Part shown: positions 36,479 to 45,449 of the stretch, piece by piece | Position numbering within the stretch: position 1 is the first letter of the stretch | Layout of the letters: each line of letters starts with the position of its first letter | Translations under genes and position numbers: made by a program | The notes under the pieces: generated by a model | Seen by the model: the letters and a program-made list of their open reading frames with translations, nothing else | Databases searched by the model: none | Told to the model about the DNA's origin: nothing | Assembly: GCA_963771355.1 (NCBI GenBank) | Contig: CAVYTA010000005.1 | Location: 512,001 to 576,000 of the forward strand | Length of the DNA stretch: 64,000 nucleotides | Reading direction: 5' to 3' | Origin: an uncultured Candidatus Rokubacteria bacterium | Lineage (GTDB): Bacteria; Methylomirabilota; Methylomirabilia; Rokubacteriales; CSP1-6

Positions 36479-37666
36479 ATGACGCGCGTCGTCGTCAGCG
36501 GCCTCGGCGTGGTGAGCCCATACGGTGCCGGCGCCAAGACCTTCTGGGGCGGACTGGCTGCGGGCGTCTGCGCGATCCGACCCATCACCCTCATCGACAC
36601 TGCGGGGTTCCGCTCGCGCATCGCCGCCGAGGTGCCGGCCGACGTCATCTCCGGGCTCGGCGTCTCGTCCCGGCGCGCCCGCGCGGACCGGCTCGGGCTG
36701 GCCGCGGCGCGCGAGGCGCTGGCCGACGCGGGGCTCAGCCGCGGCGAGCGCGCGGACGCCGCCCTCATCATCGGCGCGGTGGGCGGCGGCATGCTCGAGG
36801 GCGAGGCGTGGTACTGGGAGGAGACGCGGACGGGGCGGCCGTCGCCGCGCATCACGGCGCTGCGCTCCATTCTCCCCTATACCCATGCCGAGACCTTGGG
36901 CTGGCGGCTGGGCATCGGCGGCCCGAAGGAGACCATCGTGATGGCCTGCGCCTCGGGTGCGGCCTCCGTCGCGCTGGGTGCCGACCTGATCCGCCGGGGC
37001 AAGGTGACGCGCGCGCTCGTGGGGGGCGTGGATGCCCTCACCCGCATCTGCTTCATGGGATTCAACGCGCTCAAGCTCCTGGCGCCCGAGCCGTGCCGCC
37101 CCTTCGATCGCGCACGGAACGGCATGTCCATCGGCGAAGCCGCCGCCTTCCTGGTCCTGGAAGACGCGGACGCCTGCCGCGCGCGCGGCGGACACGCGCA
37201 CGCCGAGTTCCTGGGCGCGGGCATGACCACCGACGCCCATCACGTGACCTCGCCCCAACCCGAGGGGGAGGGGATGGCGCGGGCCATGGAGCTGGCCCTG
37301 GCGGACGCCGCGCTGCCTCCGCGATCGGTCCACTACGTCAACGCGCACGGGACGGGGACGCTGCAGAACGACCGCACCGAGGCCCTCGCGCTGGTGCGAG
37401 TATTCGGGGCGCGCGGCGTGCCGGTGAGCTCGACCAAGTCGCTGGTGGGCCACACCATGGCGGCGGCGGGGAGCCTCGAGGCGGTGGCCACGGTGCTCGC
37501 GCTCCAGCACGGGCTCATCCCGCCCACCGGGAATCTCGTCGACGTGGATCCGGACATTCCCTTCGACTGCGTGCCGCTCACGGCTCGCCCGGCCCCGCTG
37601 GAGGTGGCGTTGAGCAACTCCTTCGGCTTCGGCGGACAGAACGTGAGCCTCGTGTTCGGCCGATGA
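36479..37666 (+). CDS. Beta-ketoacyl-ACP synthase (FabF-like KS)
   Basis: MACASG, NAHGTGT, KSLVGHT and SNSFGFGG motifs. Confidence 0.93.
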   Translation: MTRVVVSGLGVVSPYGAGAKTFWGGLAAGVCAIRPITLIDTAGFRSRIAAEVPADVISGLGVSSRRARADRLGLAAAREALADAGLSRGERADAALIIGAVGGGMLEGEAWYWEETRTGRPSPRITALRSILPYTHAETLGWRLGIGGPKETIVMACASGAASVALGADLIRRGKVTRALVGGVDALTRICFMGFNALKLLAPEPCRPFDRARNGMSIGEAAAFLVLEDADACRARGGHAHAEFLGAGMTTDAHHVTSPQPEGEGMARAMELALADAALPPRSVHYVNAHGTGTLQNDRTEALALVRVFGARGVPVSSTKSLVGHTMAAAGSLEAVATVLALQHGLIPPTGNLVDVDPDIPFDCVPLTARPAPLEVALSNSFGFGGQNVSLVFGR

Positions 37667-38814
37667 GCGTCGGGCGCCGCGTGGTCGTGACCGGGATGGG
37701 CATGGTGAGCGTCGCCGGCGCGGGCGGCACCGGCGTCGTCGCGGACGCGCTGGCGCGGCCCGCGGCCGGCATCGTCCCGATTCGCGGCTTCGAGACCACG
37801 GGGCTTCCCTCCGTGCTGGGCGCCGAGGTCGACGATGAGCTGCTCGAGTCCCTGATCGACCGCGACGCGGCCCGCCGGCTCTCGCGCATCTGCCGGTTCA
37901 CGGTGGCGGCGTGCCGGCTCGCGTTGGAGGACGCGCAGGTGGAGGCGGGCCCGCAGCTCGGGCTCGTGGTGGGCACGGAATACGGCGACTTCCGGTCCAG
38001 CGGCGAATTTGCCACGGGTTACCTCAATCGCGGGCCCGGCGGGCTGTCGCCCATGCTGTTTCCCGGCACGGTCATGAACGCGATGGGCGCGGCCGCCTCC
38101 ATCGCCATCGGCGCCAAGGGGCCCACGGTCACGGTGAACCAGGCCACGATCTCGGGCGATCTCGCGGTGGCGCGCGCGGCCACCCTCGTCGCGCGAGGGC
38201 CCGCGGAGGCGGTGCTGGCGGGCGGGGTGGACGAGCTCTGTGGTCCCGTGTACCGGCGGCTCGCCGAGATGGGCGTGATCTCACCGATGCGGCAGGGCTC
38301 TCGCCGCCTCGGCACCGAGGGGTGCCGGCCGTTCTCGCCGGACCACAACGGTCCGGTGCTGGGCGAGGGCGCGACCTTCCTCGTGCTGGAGGCGTACGAG
38401 GTCGCGCGCGCCCGCGGGGCGTCCATCCTGGCGGAGCTGGTGGCGGCGGAGTGGGGGAATATCCCGGTGGCGCCGCACACCGCGCCCCCGCGGCGGGTCG
38501 ATCCCCGCTCGCCCCTGCGCCGCGCGCTCGAGGCGAGCGGGATCACGGCGGCCGCGCTCCGCGGCGTGTGGGCCACCGGCAACGGTGATCCCGCCCTCGA
38601 TGACTGGGAGGAACAGCTCCTCGCCGTCGACCTCGCCGCCCAGCCGGCCCTGCTGCCGCCGCGGTCGCTGACCCCCCGGTTCGGCCAGCACGGCGGGCTC
38701 GGCGTGCTGCGCGTGGCCGCCGCCGCGCTTGCCGCCGGGGAAGGGCCGGCCCTCGCCCACGGCCTCGCCCGCGGCGGCTGCCGCACCGCGATCCTGCTCG
38801 CCAGGCCCACCTGA
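37663..38814 (+). CDS. KS-like protein lacking the catalytic Cys (chain-length-factor-like)
   Basis: RVVVTGMG, RPF and GEGA present; the active-site region reads NQATISG. Confidence 0.82.
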   Translation: MSVGRRVVVTGMGMVSVAGAGGTGVVADALARPAAGIVPIRGFETTGLPSVLGAEVDDELLESLIDRDAARRLSRICRFTVAACRLALEDAQVEAGPQLGLVVGTEYGDFRSSGEFATGYLNRGPGGLSPMLFPGTVMNAMGAAASIAIGAKGPTVTVNQATISGDLAVARAATLVARGPAEAVLAGGVDELCGPVYRRLAEMGVISPMRQGSRRLGTEGCRPFSPDHNGPVLGEGATFLVLEAYEVARARGASILAELVAAEWGNIPVAPHTAPPRRVDPRSPLRRALEASGITAAALRGVWATGNGDPALDDWEEQLLAVDLAAQPALLPPRSLTPRFGQHGGLGVLRVAAAALAAGEGPALAHGLARGGCRTAILLARPT

Positions 38815-38825
38815 GCGGAGTTTCC

Positions 38826-39912
38826 GTGGGCGACCACCTGATCGTCATCCCGGTCTTCAACGAGGCGGCCACCATCGAGGGGCTGGTGACGCGCGCGCGC
38901 GCCTACGGGACCGTGGTGGTGGTGGATGACGGTTCCGCCGACGCCAGCGCGGCGGTGGCCGCGCGCGCCGGCGCCGAGCTCGTGCGGCTCCCGCGGCAGC
39001 GCGGGAAGGGCGAGGCGCTGCGGCGCGGCTTCGACGCCGCGCTGGCCCGCGGCGCCGAGCGCGTGGTCACCCTGGACGGCGACGGCCAGCACGATCCCGA
39101 CGAGATTCCCCGGCTGCTCCAGGCCTCCGCCGAGCATCCGGCCGCGCTCGTCGTCGGTGGGCGGCTGGGTCACGGGCCCGACGGGAATCCCGATGAGCCC
39201 GGCTACCGCGTCATCCCGCGCGAGCGCCTCAACGCCATGCGCGTGGCCGGCTTCTTCATCGACTGGCTCACCGGCTATGCGCTGCGCGACACGCAGTCCG
39301 GCTTTCGCGTCTACCCGCTGGCGCTGCTCACCGCGGCGCGTGGGCGGCGGGGCGGATTCGTCTTCGAGACCGAGATGCTGCTGCGCGCCGCCGCCCTCGG
39401 CCTGCCGCTGGTGGAGACGCCCATCACCGCCGTGCATCACGCGAACCGGCGGAGCCGATTCCGCCCGCTGCAGGACGGCATCGCGGTGACGTCCTTTCTC
39501 ACCGCCAAGGGCGCGCGGGCGCTGGGCGCGCGACATCGTGATGGTCGTGGCCGCGCTCGTTCGGCCCTTCCGCGCGGAGCGGCGGATCCCGCGGCACCGC
39601 GAGGTGATGGCCGCCACCACGGGCATGCGCGACAACTTCGGTGCCTTCATGCTGGCGGTGGCCGCGTTCGCGCTGGCGCGCACGGCCGACACCTGGCGGC
39701 GGTGGTGGGAGGATCCGCGCGCGATCCAGATCCGCGAGGCCGGGCTCGCCGCTGTGGCGCTGCCTTTGCTGATGGCCCTGGTGCTCGCGCAGGGCGTGCT
39801 GGGCCGCGTGGGCCGCGACCCGCTCACGCCGTTCATCCGGCGTGTTTACGCCCAGGACCGGCTGGCCCGCGCCCTGCGCTCCTGTCAGGTGCGGCGTTCG
39901 GCGCGCTCATGA
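38826..39912 (+). CDS. Glycosyltransferase family 2 with a probable +1 frameshift near 39517-39519
   Basis: IPVFNE, VDDGS, GKG, LDGDGQH and DTQSGFR motifs; a plausible membrane C-terminus in the alternate frame ends with an ATGA overlap at 39909-39912. Confidence 0.75.
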
Positions 39913-41183
39913 CCTCCGAGACCGACGTCCTCGTGATCGGCGGCGGGCCCGGTGGCTCCACCGCCGCCACCTGCCTCGCGCAGGGCGGGCTGCGCGTGAC
40001 GCTGGTGGAGCGAGAGGCCTTTCCGCGATTCCACATCGGGGAGTCGCTCCTGCCCGCCAACATTCCGCTCCTCGAGCGGCTGGGGGTGATGGACCGGGTG
40101 AAGAAGGCCGGGTTCATCACCAAGTACGGCGCCTATATCCACGACCAGGAATCCGATCTCTCGTATACCTTCACCTTTCGTCCCGGCAAGCCCTGGCCGC
40201 CGTGGGCCTTCGAGGTGCCGCGCGCCCAGTTCGATCGCGTGCTCCTCGATCACGCCGCCGCCCAGCCGGGGGTCACGATCTGCCAGCCCGCCCGGGTGGA
40301 CCAGGTCGCCTTCGACGCCGACGGCGTGAGCGCCGAGATCGGCGACGCGTCGGGCGGGCGGACGCTCCGTGCCCGCTTCCTGGTGGACGCCAGCGGGCGT
40401 GACGGCTTTCTCGCTTCCCGCCAGGGGGGCCGGCGCGAGCCCATTCCCGGGCTCGGCAAGGTCGCGCTCTTCGCTCACTTTCGCGGGGCGCGGCGCTGGC
40501 CCGGGAAGGAAGAGGGCAATATCCGCCTCTACGTCTTCGAGGACGGGTGGTTCTGGTGGATCCCGTTCACCGGTGACGTGACCAGCGTGGGCTGCGTCCT
40601 TCATGCGCGCGCGGCGCGGGAGCGCGAGGGATCGGTGGAGGCGCTCTACGAGGAGATGTGCGCGCGCTGCCGGGCGGTGGCGGAGGGTCTCGACGGCGCC
40701 GAGCGCATCACCCCGGTGCACACCGCGGCCAACTTCTCGTACCGCACCACGCCGGTGGTGGGTGACCGCTTCGTCTGCGTGGGCGACTCGGTGGTCTTCA
40801 TCGACCCCATCTTCTCCACCGGCGTCTTCGTGGCGATGCAGTCGGCGGAGCTGGCCTCGGTGGAGATCCTGCGCGCCTTCCGCGACAATCGCTTCGCCGC
40901 GCGCCGCTTCGGCGGCTACGTGCGCCGGATCCAGCGCGGGATCCGGCCCTTCACGCGCTTCATCAACCGGTACTACGAGCCGGCCTTCCTCGAGGTGCTG
41001 CTCCGGCCGAGGCCGAACCTCGGCATCCTCGACAGCGTGACCGGGCTCCTCGCCGGCGGGGCCTTCCTGCGCATGCCGTTGCGCATGCGGACGTCGCTCG
41101 CCATCTTCTTCTGGCTGGTGCGCATCAATACCTGGCGGCGCCGCTGGCGCGGCCAGCCGGTGGAGTCGAGGCTTTCCTGGTAA
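39909..41183 (+). CDS. FAD-dependent oxidoreductase, flavin-dependent halogenase-like (paralog 1)
   Basis: GGGPGG, FPRFHIGESL, GFITKYG, GWFWWIP and FIDPIFSTGV motifs. Confidence 0.85.
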   Translation: MTSETDVLVIGGGPGGSTAATCLAQGGLRVTLVEREAFPRFHIGESLLPANIPLLERLGVMDRVKKAGFITKYGAYIHDQESDLSYTFTFRPGKPWPPWAFEVPRAQFDRVLLDHAAAQPGVTICQPARVDQVAFDADGVSAEIGDASGGRTLRARFLVDASGRDGFLASRQGGRREPIPGLGKVALFAHFRGARRWPGKEEGNIRLYVFEDGWFWWIPFTGDVTSVGCVLHARAAREREGSVEALYEEMCARCRAVAEGLDGAERITPVHTAANFSYRTTPVVGDRFVCVGDSVVFIDPIFSTGVFVAMQSAELASVEILRAFRDNRFAARRFGGYVRRIQRGIRPFTRFINRYYEPAFLEVLLRPRPNLGILDSVTGLLAGGAFLRMPLRMRTSLAIFFWLVRINTWRRRWRGQPVESRLSW

Positions 41184-41202
41184 TGCGAAGCCACCTCATG
41201 AA

Positions 41203-41222
41203 GGTCGCCCCTTGGGGCGACC
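41203..41222. terminator. GC-rich inverted repeat (possible terminator or operator)
   Basis: GGTCGCCCC-TT-GGGGCGACC, no U tract. Confidence 0.4.
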
Positions 41223-41238
41223 GTAGATCAAATCAGGA

Positions 41239-42237
41239 ATGACCACACACCGCGGACCTAACCCCGCGCTTGTCTCGCGACGCGCGATCCTCGCGGGCGC
41301 GGCGGCGATGCTCGCTCCCGGCCGGGCGCGTGCTCAGTCAGGCCGGCCTCATCGCCTGGGGTGGATCTCGACGGAGCCCGAGCCGGACCCCTTCGTCGAT
41401 GGATTCCGTGAGGGGATGCGCCGTCTCGGCTATACGGAGGGCCGCGACTTCGTGCTCGAGCTGCGGTATGCGCCCGGAAACCTCGATCGGCTCCGGGCCG
41501 CGGCGACGGAGCTCATCAGCTCGCGCGTGGCCTTCATCGTCGCCAGCGGCCCTGCAATCTGGGCGATCAAGACCGTCCGCGACGTGCCGGTGCTCTTCGT
41601 CATCAGCGGGGATCCGGTGGCCCTCGGGATCGCGGCGACGGTGGCGAGACCGGGCGGGAACTTCACCGGCTTCACCTTCCTCTCGCTCGAGATCGCCGGC
41701 AAGCGCGTCGAGCTGCTGAAGCAGGCCATCCCGCCGCTGCGCACCCTGGTCGCCCTGTCCAACACCGGTCATCCGGGCGAGCCCGCCGAGCGGCGGGCCA
41801 CCGAAGCGGCGGCGCAGGCCCTCGGGCTCAAGCTGATCTATGTGCCCTTCGGCTCGCTGGCGGAGATCGACGCCGCCCTCGCGGCGGTGCGCGACGCGCG
41901 GCCGGACGGCATGGTGGTGTTCCCCGATGGTTCCACCATGGTGAGCCGCGCGAAGATTGCCGGCTTCGCGCTCGGCCAGCGGCTGCCGGCGATGTTCGGC
42001 TGGAGCGAGTTCTCCGATGCGGGTGGATTCATGAGCTATGGCGCCAACCAGCGTGACACCTATGTGCGCCTCGCCGGCTATGCCGATCGGTTGCTCCGCG
42101 GCGCGCGGCCGGCCGATCTGCCCATCGAGCAACCCACCCATTTCGAGCTCGTTCTCAACTTGCGGACCGCCCGGCTCCTCGGGATCACGGTGCCGCCGGC
42201 CCTCCGTCTGGCCGCGCATCGGGTGATCGACGCGTGA
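41239..42237 (+). CDS. Orphan ABC transporter substrate-binding protein (ABC_sub_bind type)
   Basis: Tat-like SRRAIL, ARPGGNFTG, GGFMSYG and LPIEQPTHFEL motifs. Confidence 0.9.
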   Translation: MTTHRGPNPALVSRRAILAGAAAMLAPGRARAQSGRPHRLGWISTEPEPDPFVDGFREGMRRLGYTEGRDFVLELRYAPGNLDRLRAAATELISSRVAFIVASGPAIWAIKTVRDVPVLFVISGDPVALGIAATVARPGGNFTGFTFLSLEIAGKRVELLKQAIPPLRTLVALSNTGHPGEPAERRATEAAAQALGLKLIYVPFGSLAEIDAALAAVRDARPDGMVVFPDGSTMVSRAKIAGFALGQRLPAMFGWSEFSDAGGFMSYGANQRDTYVRLAGYADRLLRGARPADLPIEQPTHFELVLNLRTARLLGITVPPALRLAAHRVIDA

Positions 42238-43499
42238 CCCACGACACCGACGTCCTGGTGGTCGGCGGCGGTCCCGGCGGCTCCACCACCGCCACTTTTC
42301 TCGCCCGCGGCGGGCTCGACGTCACCGTGGTGGAGCGCGAGGTCTTCCCGCGCTTCAAGGTTGGCGAGTCGCTGGTGCCCAACTGCATGCCCATCCTCGA
42401 GCGCCTCGGCGTGCTGGACAAGGTCAAGGCCCACGGCTTCCTCGACAAGTTCGGCGTGACCTTCCATGACCAGGAGCTCGAGCGCGAGGCCACCTTCACC
42501 TTCCGCGAAGGACGGCCCTGGCCGCACTTCACCTTCGACGTGCACCGTGCGGAGTTCGACCAGGTCCTCCTCGACCACGCGGTGACGGAGGGCGCCCGCG
42601 TGCTCCAGCCCGCCACGGTGGAGAAGGTCGCCTTCGATGCCGAGGGCGTGACCGTGCGGCTCAGCGACGGTGACGGCGAGCGCAGCCTGCGCGCCCGGTT
42701 CCTCGTGGACGCGACCGGGCGCGACGCCTTCCTCGCCTCGCGCCAGGGCCGCCGGGAGCCCATGCCCGGCCTCGGCAAGGTCGCCATCTTCGCCTACTTC
42801 CAGGGCGCCAAGCGCTGGCCTGGTCGGGAAGAGGGCAATGTCCGGATCTACATCTATCCGGAGGGCTGGTTCTGGTACATCCCGCTCGCCCGTGACGAGA
42901 CCAGCGTCGGCTGCGTGCTCCACGCGCGCACCGTCCGGGAACGGGACGGTTCGCCGGAGGATCTCTTCCGCGGAATGGTGGAGCGGTGCGACCGCGTGCG
43001 CGAGAACCTCGAGGGCGCGCGGCAGGTGACGCCGATGTACACCGCGGCCAACTTTTCCTATGCGGTAGAGCCCATCGTCGGCGACCGCTTCCTCTGCGTG
43101 GGCGACGCGGTGGCCTTCGTGGATCCCATCTTCTCGGCGGGCGTCTTCCTCGCCCTGGCCTCCGGCGAGATGGCCGCAGAGGAGATCCTGGGAGCGTTCC
43201 GCGCCAACCGTTTCGCGGCGTCGCGCTTCACGGGTTATGCCCGGCGACTCAAGCGCGGGATGCGGCCCTTCACACGGTTCATCACCCAGTTCTACGACCG
43301 CCAGTTCCTCGAGATCTTCATGAACCCGCGAGACACCTTCGGGCTCGTGGACACGGTGACCTTCGTCCTCGCCGGCGGGGCCTTCCGCCGCATTCCGCTG
43401 AAGAAGCGCCTCTCCCTCGAGCTCTTCTTCGCCATCGTGCGCATCACTCGCCGCATCCGGCGGCGTCAGGGCCGCGCCGAATCCCGACTGGAGTACTAG
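42234..43499 (+). CDS. FAD-dependent oxidoreductase, flavin-dependent halogenase-like (paralog 2)
   Basis: GGGPGG, FPRFKVGESL, GFLDKFG, GWFWYIP and FVDPIFSAGV motifs. Confidence 0.87.
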   Translation: MTHDTDVLVVGGGPGGSTTATFLARGGLDVTVVEREVFPRFKVGESLVPNCMPILERLGVLDKVKAHGFLDKFGVTFHDQELEREATFTFREGRPWPHFTFDVHRAEFDQVLLDHAVTEGARVLQPATVEKVAFDAEGVTVRLSDGDGERSLRARFLVDATGRDAFLASRQGRREPMPGLGKVAIFAYFQGAKRWPGREEGNVRIYIYPEGWFWYIPLARDETSVGCVLHARTVRERDGSPEDLFRGMVERCDRVRENLEGARQVTPMYTAANFSYAVEPIVGDRFLCVGDAVAFVDPIFSAGVFLALASGEMAAEEILGAFRANRFAASRFTGYARRLKRGMRPFTRFITQFYDRQFLEIFMNPRDTFGLVDTVTFVLAGGAFRRIPLKKRLSLELFFAIVRITRRIRRRQGRAESRLEY

Positions 43500-43501
43500 C
43501 C

Positions 43502-44680
43502 CTGCGGCGCATCTTTCCGAAGGGCTATGGCTTCACCGTGCTCGGCATCGCGGTGGGCATGGCGGGGCTGGTAGCGCTGGGCGCCATGGGCGAGCGGATC
43601 AGCCGCTTCATCGAGGGCGGCGACCGCTTCGTGCTCGGCCAGATCTCGGTGGCCGGTGAGGGGATGGGCATGGGCGCGGGCTTCACCGCGGGCGGCCTGC
43701 TCCCCGCCGCCCGTATCGCCGAGATCGCCCGCGTGCCGGGCGTCGCTGTCGTGCAGCCGCAGGTCATGCTGCCGATCAGCACGAGCACCTCGCACTTCCT
43801 CACCCTGACCCAGGAGCTCGTCATGGGCGTGGATCCCGCCGCGCCTCCGGCCAATCGCCACTACGCCGCCTTGGCGGTCCGCTCCGGCCGCGGGCTCGCG
43901 GCCGGTGATCGAAAAGTGGCCGTGGTCGGGAGCGACTTCGCCGCCTCACGCAAGCTGGCGGTGGGCGCCGCCCTGCCCATCGGCGGGCTCGAATTCACCG
44001 TGATCGGGATCCTCGACAAGACCCTCACCGCGCCCGACCGCTTCGCGATGCTGTCCCTCGAGGATGCCCGGGACCTCTGGCTCCGCCGCGACCCGTTGCT
44101 CTTCCGGGTCTTCGGCTCGGGCGGACTGGCGCGCACGGATCTCAACTCGGGCGCGGCGGTGGGCTGGCAGGAGGGCGTGGACCCGGACGAGCTGGCCCGG
44201 CGGATCCAGGCCTCCGTGAAGGGCGTCAACGTCACGATCCCGGGGGAGCTCTCGCGCCTCCTGCGCACCTCCACCGCGTTCTTTTCTGCGCTCCTCATCG
44301 GCATCGGCGCCCTGGGTCTCGTCATCGGCGGGCTCTCGCTCGCCAACACGGTGACCGCCGCCGTCTTCGAGCGCATCCGCGACTTCGGCGTCAAGCGCGC
44401 GCTGGGCGCCACCGACGCCCAGCTGCTTCGCGAGGTCCTCGGCGAGGCCCTCGGGGTGAGCCTGTGGGGGGTGGGCCTGGGCGTGCTCCTCGCGCTGGCC
44501 ATCGGCGCCGTGGTGGACTGGCGCACGCTTCGCGAGGGCCAGCAGCTCTTCCACTTCTCGCCGCGGCTGCTGACCTTCGCCTTCGTCTTCGCGGTGCTGC
44601 TGGGTGGTCTGGCCGCCGCCTACGCGACGCTCCGCATCGCCCGCCTCTCGCCCGCCGAGGCCATTCGCCGGGGGGCGTGA
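43502..44680 (+). CDS. ABC transporter permease (MacB/FtsX-like)
   Basis: ERIRDFGVKRALGA and LSPAEAIR motifs; start uncertain (CTG at 43502 after GGAG, or GTG at 43538). Confidence 0.82.
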   Translation: MRRIFPKGYGFTVLGIAVGMAGLVALGAMGERISRFIEGGDRFVLGQISVAGEGMGMGAGFTAGGLLPAARIAEIARVPGVAVVQPQVMLPISTSTSHFLTLTQELVMGVDPAAPPANRHYAALAVRSGRGLAAGDRKVAVVGSDFAASRKLAVGAALPIGGLEFTVIGILDKTLTAPDRFAMLSLEDARDLWLRRDPLLFRVFGSGGLARTDLNSGAAVGWQEGVDPDELARRIQASVKGVNVTIPGELSRLLRTSTAFFSALLIGIGALGLVIGGLSLANTVTAAVFERIRDFGVKRALGATDAQLLREVLGEALGVSLWGVGLGVLLALAIGAVVDWRTLREGQQLFHFSPRLLTFAFVFAVLLGGLAAAYATLRIARLSPAEAIRRGA

Positions 44681-44731
44681 GCCGGGCGCATCCGCCGGGC
44701 ACATCCCCCAGGTCTCCCCCAGGCACTTTCA

Positions 44732-45409
44732 ATGATCATCCGGGCGACAGGCCTCACCAAGATCTATCGAGGAATCGACGGCGCCGCGCCCGTGCGCGTG
44801 CTGGACGGCGTGGACCTCGAAGCCCGGTCGGGTCAGGTGGTGGCGGTGATCGGGGAGTCGGGCTCGGGCAAATCCACGCTCCTGAATCTCCTCGGGCTGC
44901 TCGAGCCCGCCGACGCTGGCGAGATCTGGTTCGACGACGCGCGCGTCAGCCATCTGGGCCGCCGCGCTCAGTGTCGTGTGCGCGGGACGCGGATCGGCTA
45001 TGTCTTCCAGGCCTTCCTCCTCATCGCCAGCCTGACCGCGCTGGACAACGTGCTCCTGGCCGCGCGCTATGTCGGGCGGGATCGCGGCGAGGCCGAGCGG
45101 GAGGCGCTGGCCCTCATGGAGCGGATGGGCGTCGTCCACCGGCGCGGCCACTACCCCGCGCAGCTCTCGGGTGGCGAGCAGCAGCGGGTGGCCTTTTGCC
45201 GCGCGGTGCTCAACGCGCCGCCGCTCCTGCTTGCCGATGAGCCCACCGGCAACCTGGACGACGCGCACGCGCGCGTGATCCTGGCCGAGCTGCGGACCCA
45301 GGCGCGGGAGCGGGGCGCGGCGGTGATCCTCGTGACTCACCGCGCGGATGCGGCCGCGGAGGCGGATGCGTCCTTCCGGCTTTCCGCGGGACGCCTGGTC
45401 GATCGGTAA
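44732..45409 (+). CDS. ABC transporter ATP-binding protein (LolD-like)
   Basis: GESGSGKS, LSGGEQQR and ADEPTGNLD motifs. Confidence 0.93.
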   Translation: MIIRATGLTKIYRGIDGAAPVRVLDGVDLEARSGQVVAVIGESGSGKSTLLNLLGLLEPADAGEIWFDDARVSHLGRRAQCRVRGTRIGYVFQAFLLIASLTALDNVLLAARYVGRDRGEAEREALALMERMGVVHRRGHYPAQLSGGEQQRVAFCRAVLNAPPLLLADEPTGNLDDAHARVILAELRTQARERGAAVILVTHRADAAAEADASFRLSAGRLVDR

Positions 45410-45449
45410 TGGTCCTCGACGCCATCGGCCGGTCGCGTTAGCGCGCCGC

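Noticed and set aside
44681..44725. Short duplications GCCGGGC(G/A)CATCC x2 and CCCCCAGG x2 between the ABC genes
   Set aside because: Too short to interpret; most likely slippage with no evident function.
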